Positions 1-11,981 of a stretch of 64,000 bases of DNA are shown piece by piece. How positions within the stretch are numbered: position 1 is the first letter of the stretch; each line of letters opens with the position of its first letter. Where the stretch lies: the NCBI GenBank assembly GCA_039698075.1, contig JBDKTJ010000003.1:3101-67100 (forward strand), given 5' to 3'. The notes under the pieces are model-generated. The model searched no databases and was not told where the DNA came from. It was given only the letters and a program-made list of their open reading frames with translations. Made by a program: the position numbers and the translations under genes. This DNA is from Thermoguttaceae bacterium. GTDB taxonomy: Bacteria > Planctomycetota > Planctomycetia > Pirellulales > Thermoguttaceae.

Positions 1-156
1 GGAACTGGGGTCGAACCCGTTCGAGCCCCTCGGCGAAACCGGCGCCATCGGCATGTAGCCCTGACCGTCGCTGGAAGCATCCTGGGCGATGCCCGACGAC
101 GTCATCGCCAACAGAAAACCGATCACCAAAAATGCGTTGCAAATAGGGCGATGCAC
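1..156 (-). CDS. 5' end of an exported protein, truncated by the window edge, possible GTG start
   Basis: Open frame runs off the left edge. The translated N-terminus VHRPICNAFLVIGFLLAMTSSGIAQDASS looks like a signal peptide. No SD was seen. Confidence 0.25.
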   Translation of the reverse strand, partial: MHRPICNAFLVIGFLLAMTSSGIAQDASSDGQGYMPMAPVSPRGSNGFDPSS

Positions 157-236
157 GGCAGTGGTGGATAGAGTTGGAGGAATGAAGTCGCGTTGCAAAA
201 AACGTCGTCAATCGGGCGGGGATTATAGACGCGACC

Positions 237-3563
<3,327 letters not shown>

Positions 3564-3625
3564 GATCCGCTTGCTATTTTACAGGAGGCGGCGGCTGCGA
3601 AAAAGACGGATCTTCTCGCGCCGCG

Positions 3626-4621
3626 CTACGAACGTCGCTTGCTGCCGCCTCGACCGCGACTGTCCCGATTGCCGCGTCCGTGATGCGGAGGACTGGCCGG
3701 ACGTCTGGCCCGGGCCTCGATGTTCTTGTCGACCAACAACCCGACCGTCTCCTGCCAAGTCGGAATGCCGCGGAACCCCACCCGCGCCGGCGCTTCTTCG
3801 CCGTCCAACTCGCCGGACGCGTCGAGGTCAACCGCCTCGGCCATTTCGGACGCTTCGGATGTTTCCTCGGCCGCGACGTCGTTCGACGGTTTTTCTTTGT
3901 CGACATGCTCCGACGCCGACTCGCCGGACGATTCCGCCGGTTCGCGACGTCTCCGACCCCGACGGCCGCGACGACCGCGCGGACGACGCGGCTCCGACTC
4001 CTCGTCGGAACGCTGCGCATCCACCTCGCCCGACGCTTCCTGAATCACAACCTCCGCCTCGAGGACCGTTTCCGATTCAGCAGTCACGTCTTTTTGCTCA
4101 TCCTCGGCGACAACGTCCGACGACTCCGCCGCTGCGGACTCGCGCGAGCCTCGCCCGCGACGACGACGACGGCGACGACGCGGCCGTTTCTCGTCCTGCT
4201 CGGCCGGTTCTTCCGCAACAACCGCCTTCGCCTCGGCGGACGTTTTTTCGACCGACTCCAACAAATCATACGGCTCGTCGAAATCGAACCGTTCGTCGAA
4301 AAAGTTCGGCGATTCCTCGGCCACGGCGGGCTTCGGCGCGACCGGCGTCGAGGCCGACGGCTTCGGCGCGACCGGTGCGGCAGATCGAACAACCGGCGGC
4401 ACAGGTTCGGACGTAGGCGTCACGCCCAACTTGCTGGCCAGCGCGTCCCAATTGGCCGGCGCCGCCGGTCGATCGTGACGCGACTCCGGCTTGTGAACCG
4501 CCGGCGCCGACGGGGCAGGGGAGGGCGGCGAGGGTTGCCGCAACGCTTCCTCGGCCGGAGGGGTTGCCCCAAGACTGGACGCCAACGCGTCCCAATGATT
4601 CGGAGAATTTGAATCGGTCAT
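3626..4621 (-). CDS. Low-complexity, probably disordered protein that is acidic and Arg-rich with an RG-rich tail
   Basis: 331-aa ORF with a duplicated WDALASxLGxTP motif, poly-R and poly-E tracts and a C-terminal GRGNRDSRGRGGSKRRS. It follows mfd on the same strand. Confidence 0.55.
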   Translation of the reverse strand: MTDSNSPNHWDALASSLGATPPAEEALRQPSPPSPAPSAPAVHKPESRHDRPAAPANWDALASKLGVTPTSEPVPPVVRSAAPVAPKPSASTPVAPKPAVAEESPNFFDERFDFDEPYDLLESVEKTSAEAKAVVAEEPAEQDEKRPRRRRRRRRGRGSRESAAAESSDVVAEDEQKDVTAESETVLEAEVVIQEASGEVDAQRSDEESEPRRPRGRRGRRGRRRREPAESSGESASEHVDKEKPSNDVAAEETSEASEMAEAVDLDASGELDGEEAPARVGFRGIPTWQETVGLLVDKNIEARARRPASPPHHGRGNRDSRGRGGSKRRS

Positions 4622-4762
4622 GCTTCAAAAACCAATTTCGACCATGAAAACAACAACAACAAACAATCAGTATAGCGCGTTTGGGTCCCGGTGGGAAGAA
4701 CAACGGCAAATGGCGTCCAAACCCCCCCCTCGCACGATGGGATCGGACTCAGCATCCCGCCG

Positions 4763-5566
4763 CTAGCCCACCATGGCCCGAAACACCTCCTTGGCGTGTC
4801 GCAGCAACTCCGGATAGTCGATCGCTTCCAATTCTTCGCCCAACAATTCTACGTCGTAGTAGCCCTGATAGCCGGCCGCCTGCAACGCCTCGACGATTTT
4901 TGCGACCGGGATCGCGCCCTGCCCGAGCCGGCAGCGGTTCTGTTCGCCGTCGGGCGGACGCCGGCCGTCGCCCAATTGCACGATCGCCACCCGGGGTACG
5001 ATCGACGCGATGCGTTCGATCAGCCGCGGTTCGTGGCCAAGATGGTATGTGTCCAGTGCGATCTGGACTTGCGGGCTGCCGATCGAGTCCAACAAATCAA
5101 GGGTGTCGTCCAACGACGTCAAAAACGTCCATTGCTCGGCGCAACCGGCGTGCATCGGCTCCAGCGCCAAGGCGACGCCTAACGCCTCAGCCCGCGGCGT
5201 CAACTCGTTCAGCGCGGCTTGAACCAACCGCCTGGCGTGGTTGGTCGTGTGGCCGGCTCGCGGCCCGGTGCATACGACCAGCGTAGGGCAACGGAGCCGA
5301 GCAGCCGTTTCGATCGCCTCGGCCGCGTCCTCGACGCTTTCGCGAAAACTCCGACCGTCGCTGCCGGTGAATCCGCCGGCCCAAAACAGATGCGAGACCT
5401 TCAATCCGCGGCCGTCCAACAACTCGGCCGCCTTGGCCGCGCCGTAGTCCGAGAGTTTCTGTCGCCAGACGCCGATGGCCGGAATGCCCGCCTCGGCATA
5501 CCGCGCCACGTCTTCCTCGAACGACCAGCGAAACGTGGTCGTTTCGTTCATCGAAAGCACAGCCAT
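4763..5566 (-). CDS. Sugar phosphate isomerase/epimerase (xylose-isomerase-like TIM barrel)
   Basis: The ORF resembles the AP endonuclease 2 / xylose isomerase-like fold family (MNETTTFRWSFEEDV..., VCTGPR, LALEPMH). Start chosen at MAVLSMNE (ATG 5566), which has GGAG 9 nt upstream. The track ORF extends to 5698. Confidence 0.8.
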   Translation of the reverse strand: MAVLSMNETTTFRWSFEEDVARYAEAGIPAIGVWRQKLSDYGAAKAAELLDGRGLKVSHLFWAGGFTGSDGRSFRESVEDAAEAIETAARLRCPTLVVCTGPRAGHTTNHARRLVQAALNELTPRAEALGVALALEPMHAGCAEQWTFLTSLDDTLDLLDSIGSPQVQIALDTYHLGHEPRLIERIASIVPRVAIVQLGDGRRPPDGEQNRCRLGQGAIPVAKIVEALQAAGYQGYYDVELLGEELEAIDYPELLRHAKEVFRAMVG

Positions 5567-5759
5567 CCCTGTATCTCCGAGTCTCCCGTTGAGCATCGCC
5601 GGACAGTATAGTCGGTTTCGCATTTGGGGGGAACGTGAATCCACCCACCTCGGAGAAAACCATGCGGACCTACACAAGTCCACAAGAATGATACACATGG
5701 CGTGTGGACTTCCACACGCACCCCCTCCAGAGATTCAATATTTCATTCACAAGCTCGTC

Positions 5760-5869
5760 TTGATTTTGTCGAAAGATCAGTCATACTATTAGAAATCTTA
5801 CAGGGTGCAAACCCTGTGTGATGGGCTTCTGCAGGTTCCTGCCCCACCTGCGGAGGCCTTTTTTATTTT
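5760..5869 (+). ncRNA. Candidate small RNA: promoter, GNRA-capped hairpin and intrinsic terminator
   Basis: TTGATT (5760-5765), 18 nt, TACTAT (5784-5789). Hairpin CAGGGT-gcaa-ACCCTG at 5801-5816. A 12-bp stem GGCTTCTGCAGG/CCTGCGGAGGCC (5824-5835 / 5847-5858) is followed by TTTTTTATTTT (5859-5869). There is no plus-strand CDS upstream. Confidence 0.3.
5824..5869 (+). terminator. Rho-independent terminator, functional in plus orientation only
   Basis: 12-bp GC-rich stem with 2 G.U pairs, an 11-nt loop and a T6AT4 tail. In minus orientation no U-tract follows the hairpin. Confidence 0.5.
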
Positions 5870-5881
5870 CTTGCCTGCCCA

Positions 5882-6865
5882 TCACGCGCGACGATAGATG
5901 CGGAGTTCTTCCAACACCGCCGTAATGTCGCCGGGCAGCGGGGCCTCGATCTCCAGTCGCTCGCCGCTGACCGGATGCACGAATCGCACCCGCCGGGCGT
6001 GCAAGGCTTGACGGTCCAGCAGCACCGTCTCATCGGTCGGATCGCGACGGATTTCGCCGCGCGTGATGATGCGTCGGCCGCCATACTGTCGATCGCACAA
6101 CACCGGACAGCCAATATGATGGAGATGCACCCGAATCTGATGCGTTCGCCCCGTCTTCGGCAGCAGCTTCATCGCCGCGAAACCGTCGAAACGCTCGAGG
6201 ACTTCGTAAAACGTCTGGGCGGGCCGGCTCGCCGCGTCGTCGTGACGAACCGCCATTTTCTCGCGGACGTGCGGGTGGAATCCGATCGGACAATCGATCA
6301 AATCCCGATCGCGTTGGGGATTGCCGCAAACCAGCGCGAAATATTCCTTCTCGATCGAGCGCGACGCGAACTGCTTGGCTAAATGGAAATGCGCCGAATC
6401 GTTTCGAGCGACCAGGATCACGCCGCTGGTGTCGCGGTCCAAGCGATGCACGATGCCGGGCCGGCAGACGCCGCCGCCCAAGCTGAGGGTGGGCCCAAAA
6501 TGATATTGCAGCGCGCTGGCCAACGTGCCCGACCAGTGCCCCCGGGCCGGATGCACCACCATGCCCGGCGGCTTGTTGATCACCGCCAGATGCTCGTCCT
6601 GATAGAGAATTTCCAGCGGGATGTTTTCGGGACGCGGCGACTGACGCGGAATTTCGGGCAAGACGATCGACACCCGCTGGCCCGGCTTCAAACGATAGGC
6701 CGGCTTGCCGCCGCGTTCCTCCACGCGAACGCCGCCGGCTGCGATGACGCGACGCAAATGCACCCGGCTGTAGTCCGGAAAATGACAGGCCAAAAAAGCG
6801 TCGAGCCGATGGCCGGCCTCGGCGGCCTCGACCGTCAACTCCACCGGCTGAGACGAGAGCGGCAT
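5882..6865 (-). CDS. rluD: 23S rRNA pseudouridine synthase, RluA/RluD family
   Basis: 327-aa ORF with an N-terminal S4-like region and the catalytic motif HRLDRDTSGVILVA. Confidence 0.9.
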   Translation of the reverse strand: MPLSSQPVELTVEAAEAGHRLDAFLACHFPDYSRVHLRRVIAAGGVRVEERGGKPAYRLKPGQRVSIVLPEIPRQSPRPENIPLEILYQDEHLAVINKPPGMVVHPARGHWSGTLASALQYHFGPTLSLGGGVCRPGIVHRLDRDTSGVILVARNDSAHFHLAKQFASRSIEKEYFALVCGNPQRDRDLIDCPIGFHPHVREKMAVRHDDAASRPAQTFYEVLERFDGFAAMKLLPKTGRTHQIRVHLHHIGCPVLCDRQYGGRRIITRGEIRRDPTDETVLLDRQALHARRVRFVHPVSGERLEIEAPLPGDITAVLEELRIYRRA

Positions 6866-6878
6866 TGCTGCGGTCCGC

Positions 6879-7691
6879 TTATTTCTTGTCGGCTCCGGAT
6901 TTCGCCGGCGCGGCGTCTTTGCCCTTGGCGTCAGCCTTGCCCTTGGCGTCGAGTTTCAAGTCCAACGTGGTGGCGGGCAAATCGACATCGTTCTTTTCCG
7001 GCTCGGCCGGCAGACTGCTGGCGTCAAAGACCGGCGATCCCTCTGAACCCTTGGAGTCGCTCGAATAGGCCGGCTTGGGATCGAAGGATTTGAACTTGTC
7101 GTAAAACTCTTTCGTGCTTTGCCGTTTCAGATCGTCGGCCCGGTCGGCCGCCGCGACGGCATACGCGCCCTTCGGCCAGCGTGAGGCGACCTCGGCATAG
7201 CGTTTTCCGGCCTCGCTCAGTTCCCCCTTCGCCTCGGCGGCCCGCGCCAGTCCAAACGCGGCCCGTTCACGCAGCGAATCGAATCGGGTTTGGTCCGAGA
7301 CCATCTGATACAGGGCGATCGCCTTGTTCAATTCCTGCAACGCGCCGGCCTTGCTGGCAAACAGGCGAGCGCACCCCTCGCCAAGATGGCAGTCGGCCAA
7401 GACGACCGCGGCCGTTTGGCCCACATTCGTGCCTGGATACTCGTCGGCGATCTTGGCCAGCGTGACCAGGTTGGCGCCGCCGTCGGACAGCGCGATGTTC
7501 AACTCATCCCACGCGCGAGTCGTTCTGGCGGACGCCTGACGAGACCACAGGGTGTAGCCCAACGCAAAAACCAGAACCGCGGCGACGGCGATCCAAATCA
7601 TGTTCTGGTACGGTTTGATCGTTTCGCCCAATCTCTCCAGCCAGAGGGCCAACTCATTATGCTGAAGCTCGTGCCGTCGTTCGCTTTTCAT
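6879..7691 (-). CDS. Membrane-anchored TPR-like (YfgM-like) protein with a Lys/Ala/Asp-rich tail
   Basis: Start chosen at MKSERRHELQHNELA. One TM segment (IWIAVAAVLVFALGYTLW), a helical repeat region and a C-terminal KGKADAKGKDAAPAKSGADKK. The track ORF extends to 7808. Confidence 0.6.
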   Translation of the reverse strand: MKSERRHELQHNELALWLERLGETIKPYQNMIWIAVAAVLVFALGYTLWSRQASARTTRAWDELNIALSDGGANLVTLAKIADEYPGTNVGQTAAVVLADCHLGEGCARLFASKAGALQELNKAIALYQMVSDQTRFDSLRERAAFGLARAAEAKGELSEAGKRYAEVASRWPKGAYAVAAADRADDLKRQSTKEFYDKFKSFDPKPAYSSDSKGSEGSPVFDASSLPAEPEKNDVDLPATTLDLKLDAKGKADAKGKDAAPAKSGADKK

Positions 7692-7829
7692 GGTCGAATA
7701 TCCCGGTTCAAGAGAGAATTCTTTACGGTCGTCCGAAGATTCCGCAGTATAGGGGCGACCGGGCCGACACGTCAAGGTCGCATGGGGGGCGACTGCAAGC
7801 ACCCCCATTTGGTCGGGCTGAAACGTGCA

Positions 7830-7859
7830 TTGACACCCCGGGCCGTTTTCGAGTACAAA
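7830..7859 (+). promoter_or_regulatory. Candidate sigma70-type promoter for the kinase-ATPase/fliF operon
   Basis: TTGACA (7830-7835), 18 nt, TACAAA (7854-7859), in the divergent gap upstream of the flagellar cluster. Confidence 0.35.
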
Positions 7860-7934
7860 CCGCCCGCTTTTCCTCGATTCCTTGCACGTTCGTTTTGTCC
7901 TTCGCCGCGCCGCCGCCTTGGGACAGGCAACGCC

Positions 7935-8513
7935 ATGGCAAAAGGACGGTTTTCTCGAAAAAAGTCGACCTCCGGTCGGTCGGCCTTGTTGTCACTCTCG
8001 ACCTTCAATAGCGATTGGACCGAAACCATGTCTTTCAATTCAACCAACCGGTCATGGAAAGAGTTTTCCCTGCGAGAACTGGTCGAGGAGATCTATCGGC
8101 CATTGGAATCGCAATTGTCGGAACAAGCCATCCAGACATTTCTCGACGTCCCCGCGAACCAAATGATCACCGCCGACCGCGAATTGTTGCGTCGCGCGGT
8201 GCGCAATCTGGTGCTCAACGCCGTCGACGCGATGCCTGAGGGCGGATCGCTGTTCGTCACGTCGGCCGTCGGCCCCAACGCCATTGAATTGGAAGTCGCC
8301 GACACCGGAGCGACCCTGTCGGACGAGCAACGCCGGGAAGCGTTCGAGTTGGTTCCCACGTCGCAACGCGGCGGGGCCGGCTGGGGACTGGCCGTCGTGC
8401 TTCGCATCGCCGAATTGCACGGCGGCGACGTCACCGTGGCGAATTGCCCGGAAGGCGGAGCGGCCTTCACGCTGCGAATTCCGCGGACCGCCGCGATGGA
8501 AGCCGCCGCTTGA
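7935..8513 (+). CDS. Stand-alone histidine-kinase-type ATPase (HATPase_c) domain protein without a DHp/HisKA domain
   Basis: N-box RNLVLNAVDAM, G1-like ADTGATL and G2-like GGAGWGLAV, ending ...AAFTLRIP. Alternative start is ATG 8028 (MSFNSTN). The part of track ORF 7290-8513 upstream of 7935 is antisense to the TPR gene. Confidence 0.7.
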   Translation: MAKGRFSRKKSTSGRSALLSLSTFNSDWTETMSFNSTNRSWKEFSLRELVEEIYRPLESQLSEQAIQTFLDVPANQMITADRELLRRAVRNLVLNAVDAMPEGGSLFVTSAVGPNAIELEVADTGATLSDEQRREAFELVPTSQRGGAGWGLAVVLRIAELHGGDVTVANCPEGGAAFTLRIPRTAAMEAAA

Positions 8514-8602
8514 GTAAAGGTTTTCGAAGACGACATTGAGGATCGGACCGCCAACGCACGGTCGGCACGCCGGGGGAGTTTGAACCTCACAGGACGGGTC
8601 AG

Positions 8603-10216
8603 ATGGACTTTTTGAATCGGGCTTACTCGCAACTGCACGATCTGTTTCGCTCGATGACGCCGGGCTCGCGCTGGGCGGCGGCTCTTTCGGCCGTCGTCGC
8701 ATTGTCAAGCCTCGGCTATCTGCTGACCCATCAGACCGTCACGCCCGACGCCGACCTGATGCACGGCGTGCCCGTGGCCGCCAGCCAGTTGCCCAAAATG
8801 GAAGCCGCGCTGGCCAAAGCCAATTTAACGAATTACCGAATCGACGGCGCGTCGATCCGCGTGCCGCGAGGCCAAGAGCCGGTCTACATGGGCGCGTTGG
8901 TCGACGCGAAGGCTTTGCCGCCGAACATCGGCGAGGCCCTGATCGCGGCCGTCAGCAACGGCAACGCCTTCGAGAGCCGCGACGCCCGCGACGAACGCCT
9001 CAAAATCGCCCGGCAAACGGAAATGTCGCTGGTGATTCGCTCGATGCCGGGCATTGAAAACGCTTTCGTGTTGTATGACGTCGACATGAAAACCGGCTTC
9101 CAGCGTGAAAAACTCATCACGGCCACGGTCAGCGTCAAACCGGTCGGCGACACGCAGCTCGACGAGGCCCGCATTTCGTCGATCCGTTATTTCATCGCCG
9201 GGGCGATCGCCGGACTGAAACCCGAAAACGTCACGGTCTCGGACCTCAACGGACGCACCTGGCACGGAATCGCCGAGGACGCCGGCAGCGCCGATGAAAA
9301 TCTCTACATCTCGCTCAAACGGACATACGAGCAGGACCTGAAGGCCAAAATTCTCAACGCCTTGTGCTTCATTCCGAAAGTGACCGTCGAACCCACCGTG
9401 GTGCTCGATCGGGAACGGTTGACTCACTTCCGCCAAGAAAAACGCACGCCCAACGACGAGCCTCGCCCGGCCGGTTCGACGCGGTCGCCGCGTTGCAGCG
9501 TGTTGCCCAACACGGCCGCGATTCTCGACAGTCTGCTGAGCGGCTCCACAGGCGACGCCCCTCCGACGCCCGCGGCGTCCGGCTCGCATGAACAGATCGA
9601 ACGCGAAAGCGTCGGCCTGACGCCGATCCAGGCCCGCGTGTCCGTCGGCGTGCCGGTCAGCTATTTCAAGAAGATCTGGCAAGAGCAACACGCGGTCGAG
9701 CCGGGCCATTCGGTCGGATCGCCCGATTTGGCCGCGTTGGATCGGATTCGCGCGGAGGAATCGGAGAAAATCCGACGGCATGTGGCCCAATTGCTTCCGT
9801 CGCCGGAAAGCCCGGCCAAGGCCGCCGAGTTGGTCACCGTCACGACGTTTCAAGACATTTCGACGCCGGTCGAAAAAGTCGCGCACGATTACGTTCAAGA
9901 CGTTTTGGCGTGGCTCCAACAATCGTGGCGGACGTTGAGCGTTTTGGGGCTGGCTCTGATCGGACTGCTCGTGTTGCGGTCGATCGTTCGCCAACTGCCG
10001 AGGCCCTCGATTCCGGAGCCGACGGCGTCCGAGTCCATCGCGATGCCGGAAGGATTTATGCGGGACGACGCCACGACCAACGCGGCGCCGTCGCCCCACG
10101 CCAAACGATTCCGCGAGCCCGCCCCGGCGTATCACGATGAAATTTCCGAACTGGTCGACCGCGATCCCGACGCGGCCGCCAACGTGTTGCGACATTGGAT
10201 CGGGCAGGTGGACTAG
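8603..10216 (+). CDS. fliF: Flagellar M-ring protein FliF
   Basis: 537-aa ORF with an N-terminal TM segment, a YscJ/FliF-like periplasmic region and a second TM near the C-terminus. It is followed 3 nt later by fliG. Confidence 0.9.
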   Translation: MDFLNRAYSQLHDLFRSMTPGSRWAAALSAVVALSSLGYLLTHQTVTPDADLMHGVPVAASQLPKMEAALAKANLTNYRIDGASIRVPRGQEPVYMGALVDAKALPPNIGEALIAAVSNGNAFESRDARDERLKIARQTEMSLVIRSMPGIENAFVLYDVDMKTGFQREKLITATVSVKPVGDTQLDEARISSIRYFIAGAIAGLKPENVTVSDLNGRTWHGIAEDAGSADENLYISLKRTYEQDLKAKILNALCFIPKVTVEPTVVLDRERLTHFRQEKRTPNDEPRPAGSTRSPRCSVLPNTAAILDSLLSGSTGDAPPTPAASGSHEQIERESVGLTPIQARVSVGVPVSYFKKIWQEQHAVEPGHSVGSPDLAALDRIRAEESEKIRRHVAQLLPSPESPAKAAELVTVTTFQDISTPVEKVAHDYVQDVLAWLQQSWRTLSVLGLALIGLLVLRSIVRQLPRPSIPEPTASESIAMPEGFMRDDATTNAAPSPHAKRFREPAPAYHDEISELVDRDPDAAANVLRHWIGQVD

Positions 10217-10219
10217 GCT

Positions 10220-11227
10220 ATGGCGAACGATCGGCAAGCGACAGGCATCCGGAAAGCGGCCCTTTTCGTGGCCGGTTTGGACCAGACGGTCGCCGATCGG
10301 CTGCTGGAGCAAATGGGCCCCGAGCGGGCCAGGCAGGTGCGCGAGGCGATGCGGACCATCGACGCGATCGACCTGCAAGAACAGCAGCGTGTGATCGACG
10401 AGTTCCAACGCATCGAACCGATGATTCCGCCGCAATCGCCGGCCGGCATCGAATTGGACAAGCTGTCGATCGATCAGGCCCGGCACGATTTCGCGGCCGA
10501 ATTGGACGCGCCGGCCTCGTCGGGAACGACCGTCCAAGACGCAACGCCGCCCGCGCCGTTCGAGTTCCTGCGCGACGCCGACGATCCGCGATTGGCCGAG
10601 CTGTTGTCCACCGAGCGTCCGCAAACAATCGCCCTGGTGCTTTCGCACTTGCCGCCCGAGCGGGCCGGCGCCACGTTGGCCCATTTCGACCCGTCGCTGC
10701 AAGTCGAGGTGGTCCGTCGCCTGGTCGATCTCGAAAACACCGATCCCGAAACGCTGCGTCAGATCGAACGAACGTTGGAGGAGCGGCTTGCACGCCAGAT
10801 CGTCGCCTCGCGGCGTGAACGTGCGAACGGTCCGCAAACCGTCGCTCGCATTTTGGCGGCCTGCGGCGGCGCAACGGCCGGCGAAATCGTGGACCATCTA
10901 GCCCAATTCGATCCGTCGCTGGCCGAAATGCTCGGCTATCAGCCGTTGGAGTTCGACGATCTGGCCCAACTGGACGACGCCCTGCTGACGGCGACCTTTC
11001 AAGCCACCGATCCCGACGTGGCGATGGCGGCCCTGTTGGGCGCGACGCCGACGTTGGTCGAGCGAGTGCTCGGCGGGCTCGCGCCGGAGCAGGCCAAACA
11101 GTGGCGTCGCCGGCTCGAACGTCCCGAGCCCATCCGACTGAGCGATATCGACGCCGCGCGACGGCAAGTGGCCGCCACGGCCCGACATTTGTCGTTCAGC
11201 GTCTCACACGACGCGAGGGCCGCGTAG
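10220..11227 (+). CDS. fliG: Flagellar motor switch protein FliG
   Basis: 335 aa. N-terminus GIRKAALFVAGLDQTVADRLLEQMGPERARQV is typical of FliG, and the position follows fliF. Confidence 0.9.
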   Translation: MANDRQATGIRKAALFVAGLDQTVADRLLEQMGPERARQVREAMRTIDAIDLQEQQRVIDEFQRIEPMIPPQSPAGIELDKLSIDQARHDFAAELDAPASSGTTVQDATPPAPFEFLRDADDPRLAELLSTERPQTIALVLSHLPPERAGATLAHFDPSLQVEVVRRLVDLENTDPETLRQIERTLEERLARQIVASRRERANGPQTVARILAACGGATAGEIVDHLAQFDPSLAEMLGYQPLEFDDLAQLDDALLTATFQATDPDVAMAALLGATPTLVERVLGGLAPEQAKQWRRRLERPEPIRLSDIDAARRQVAATARHLSFSVSHDARAA

Positions 11228-11312
11228 TTGTTTTTCAGGCAAATCATGTCGCCGGTGCGTTGTTGTACGGTTTACGTCCTTTTCGGTTTTTTGCGGTTTC
11301 CTTGAGGCGGTC

Positions 11313-11957
11313 ATGGGCACGATTCTTCGACTCGACCATTCGCCGCACGGCTTGCACGGTGCGGACATGAACTTCGACGACCTGGTCGCCGAGGCCGATC
11401 GGCATGCGTCCGCACGGAAACTCGAGGCCGAGCGTCTGGTCGCCGAAGCCCGACAAGAGGCCGAGGCCATCCGTCAGCAAGCCGCCGAGGAAGGCGCGCT
11501 GGCGGCGGCCCAGGCGGTCGAACGCATGGTGGCCGAGCAGTTGGCCCCGTCGATCGAAGCGTTGCGACGCGCGGCCGACAATCTCCACACGGCCAAGCAA
11601 TCGTGGCTTGCCCATTGGGAGTCGAGCGCCGTCCGATTGGCTTCGGCGATGGCCGCCCGAATCCTCCGCGGCGAGTTGCGTCGTCAGCCGGAGGTGACGC
11701 TCCGACTGGTCCGTGAGGCGTTGGAGCTGGCCGCCGGCAGCGCGAACGTTCGTCTGCGTCTGCATCCCGACGACCTCAAGGCCTTGGGCTCGCAGGTGCA
11801 AGCGATGATCGACTCGATGTCGTCGCTCGGCGCCGCCGAACTGACGCCCGACCCGTCCATCACCCGAGGCGGCTGCCGCGTCGACACCCGCTTCGGCACG
11901 ATCGACCAACAATTCGAGTCCCAGTTGCAACGCATGGAAGAAGAGTTGACCGGCTAA
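11313..11957 (+). CDS. fliH: Flagellar assembly protein FliH
   Basis: 214 aa with a coiled-coil Ala/Glu-rich N-half and a C-terminal ...GGCRVDTRFGTIDQQFESQL. It lies between fliG and fliI. Confidence 0.8.
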   Translation: MGTILRLDHSPHGLHGADMNFDDLVAEADRHASARKLEAERLVAEARQEAEAIRQQAAEEGALAAAQAVERMVAEQLAPSIEALRRAADNLHTAKQSWLAHWESSAVRLASAMAARILRGELRRQPEVTLRLVREALELAAGSANVRLRLHPDDLKALGSQVQAMIDSMSSLGAAELTPDPSITRGGCRVDTRFGTIDQQFESQLQRMEEELTG

Positions 11958-11981
11958 CCCCTAGCCTCTAGCCCCTAGCCC
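11958..11981 (+). repeat. C-rich heptad repeat CCCCTAGCCTCTAGCCCCTAGCCC filling the fliH-fliI junction
   Basis: Read directly from the sequence. It runs from just after the fliH TAA to the fliI ATG and belongs to the CTAGCCC/CTAATCC motif family. Confidence 0.8.

Noticed and set aside
8825-10897. 690-aa ORF on the minus strand, opposite fliF and fliG
   Set aside because: It is antisense to two well-supported flagellar genes. The translation is Arg/Gly/Asp/Pro-rich with no recognisable motifs, which is the typical high-GC antisense artefact.
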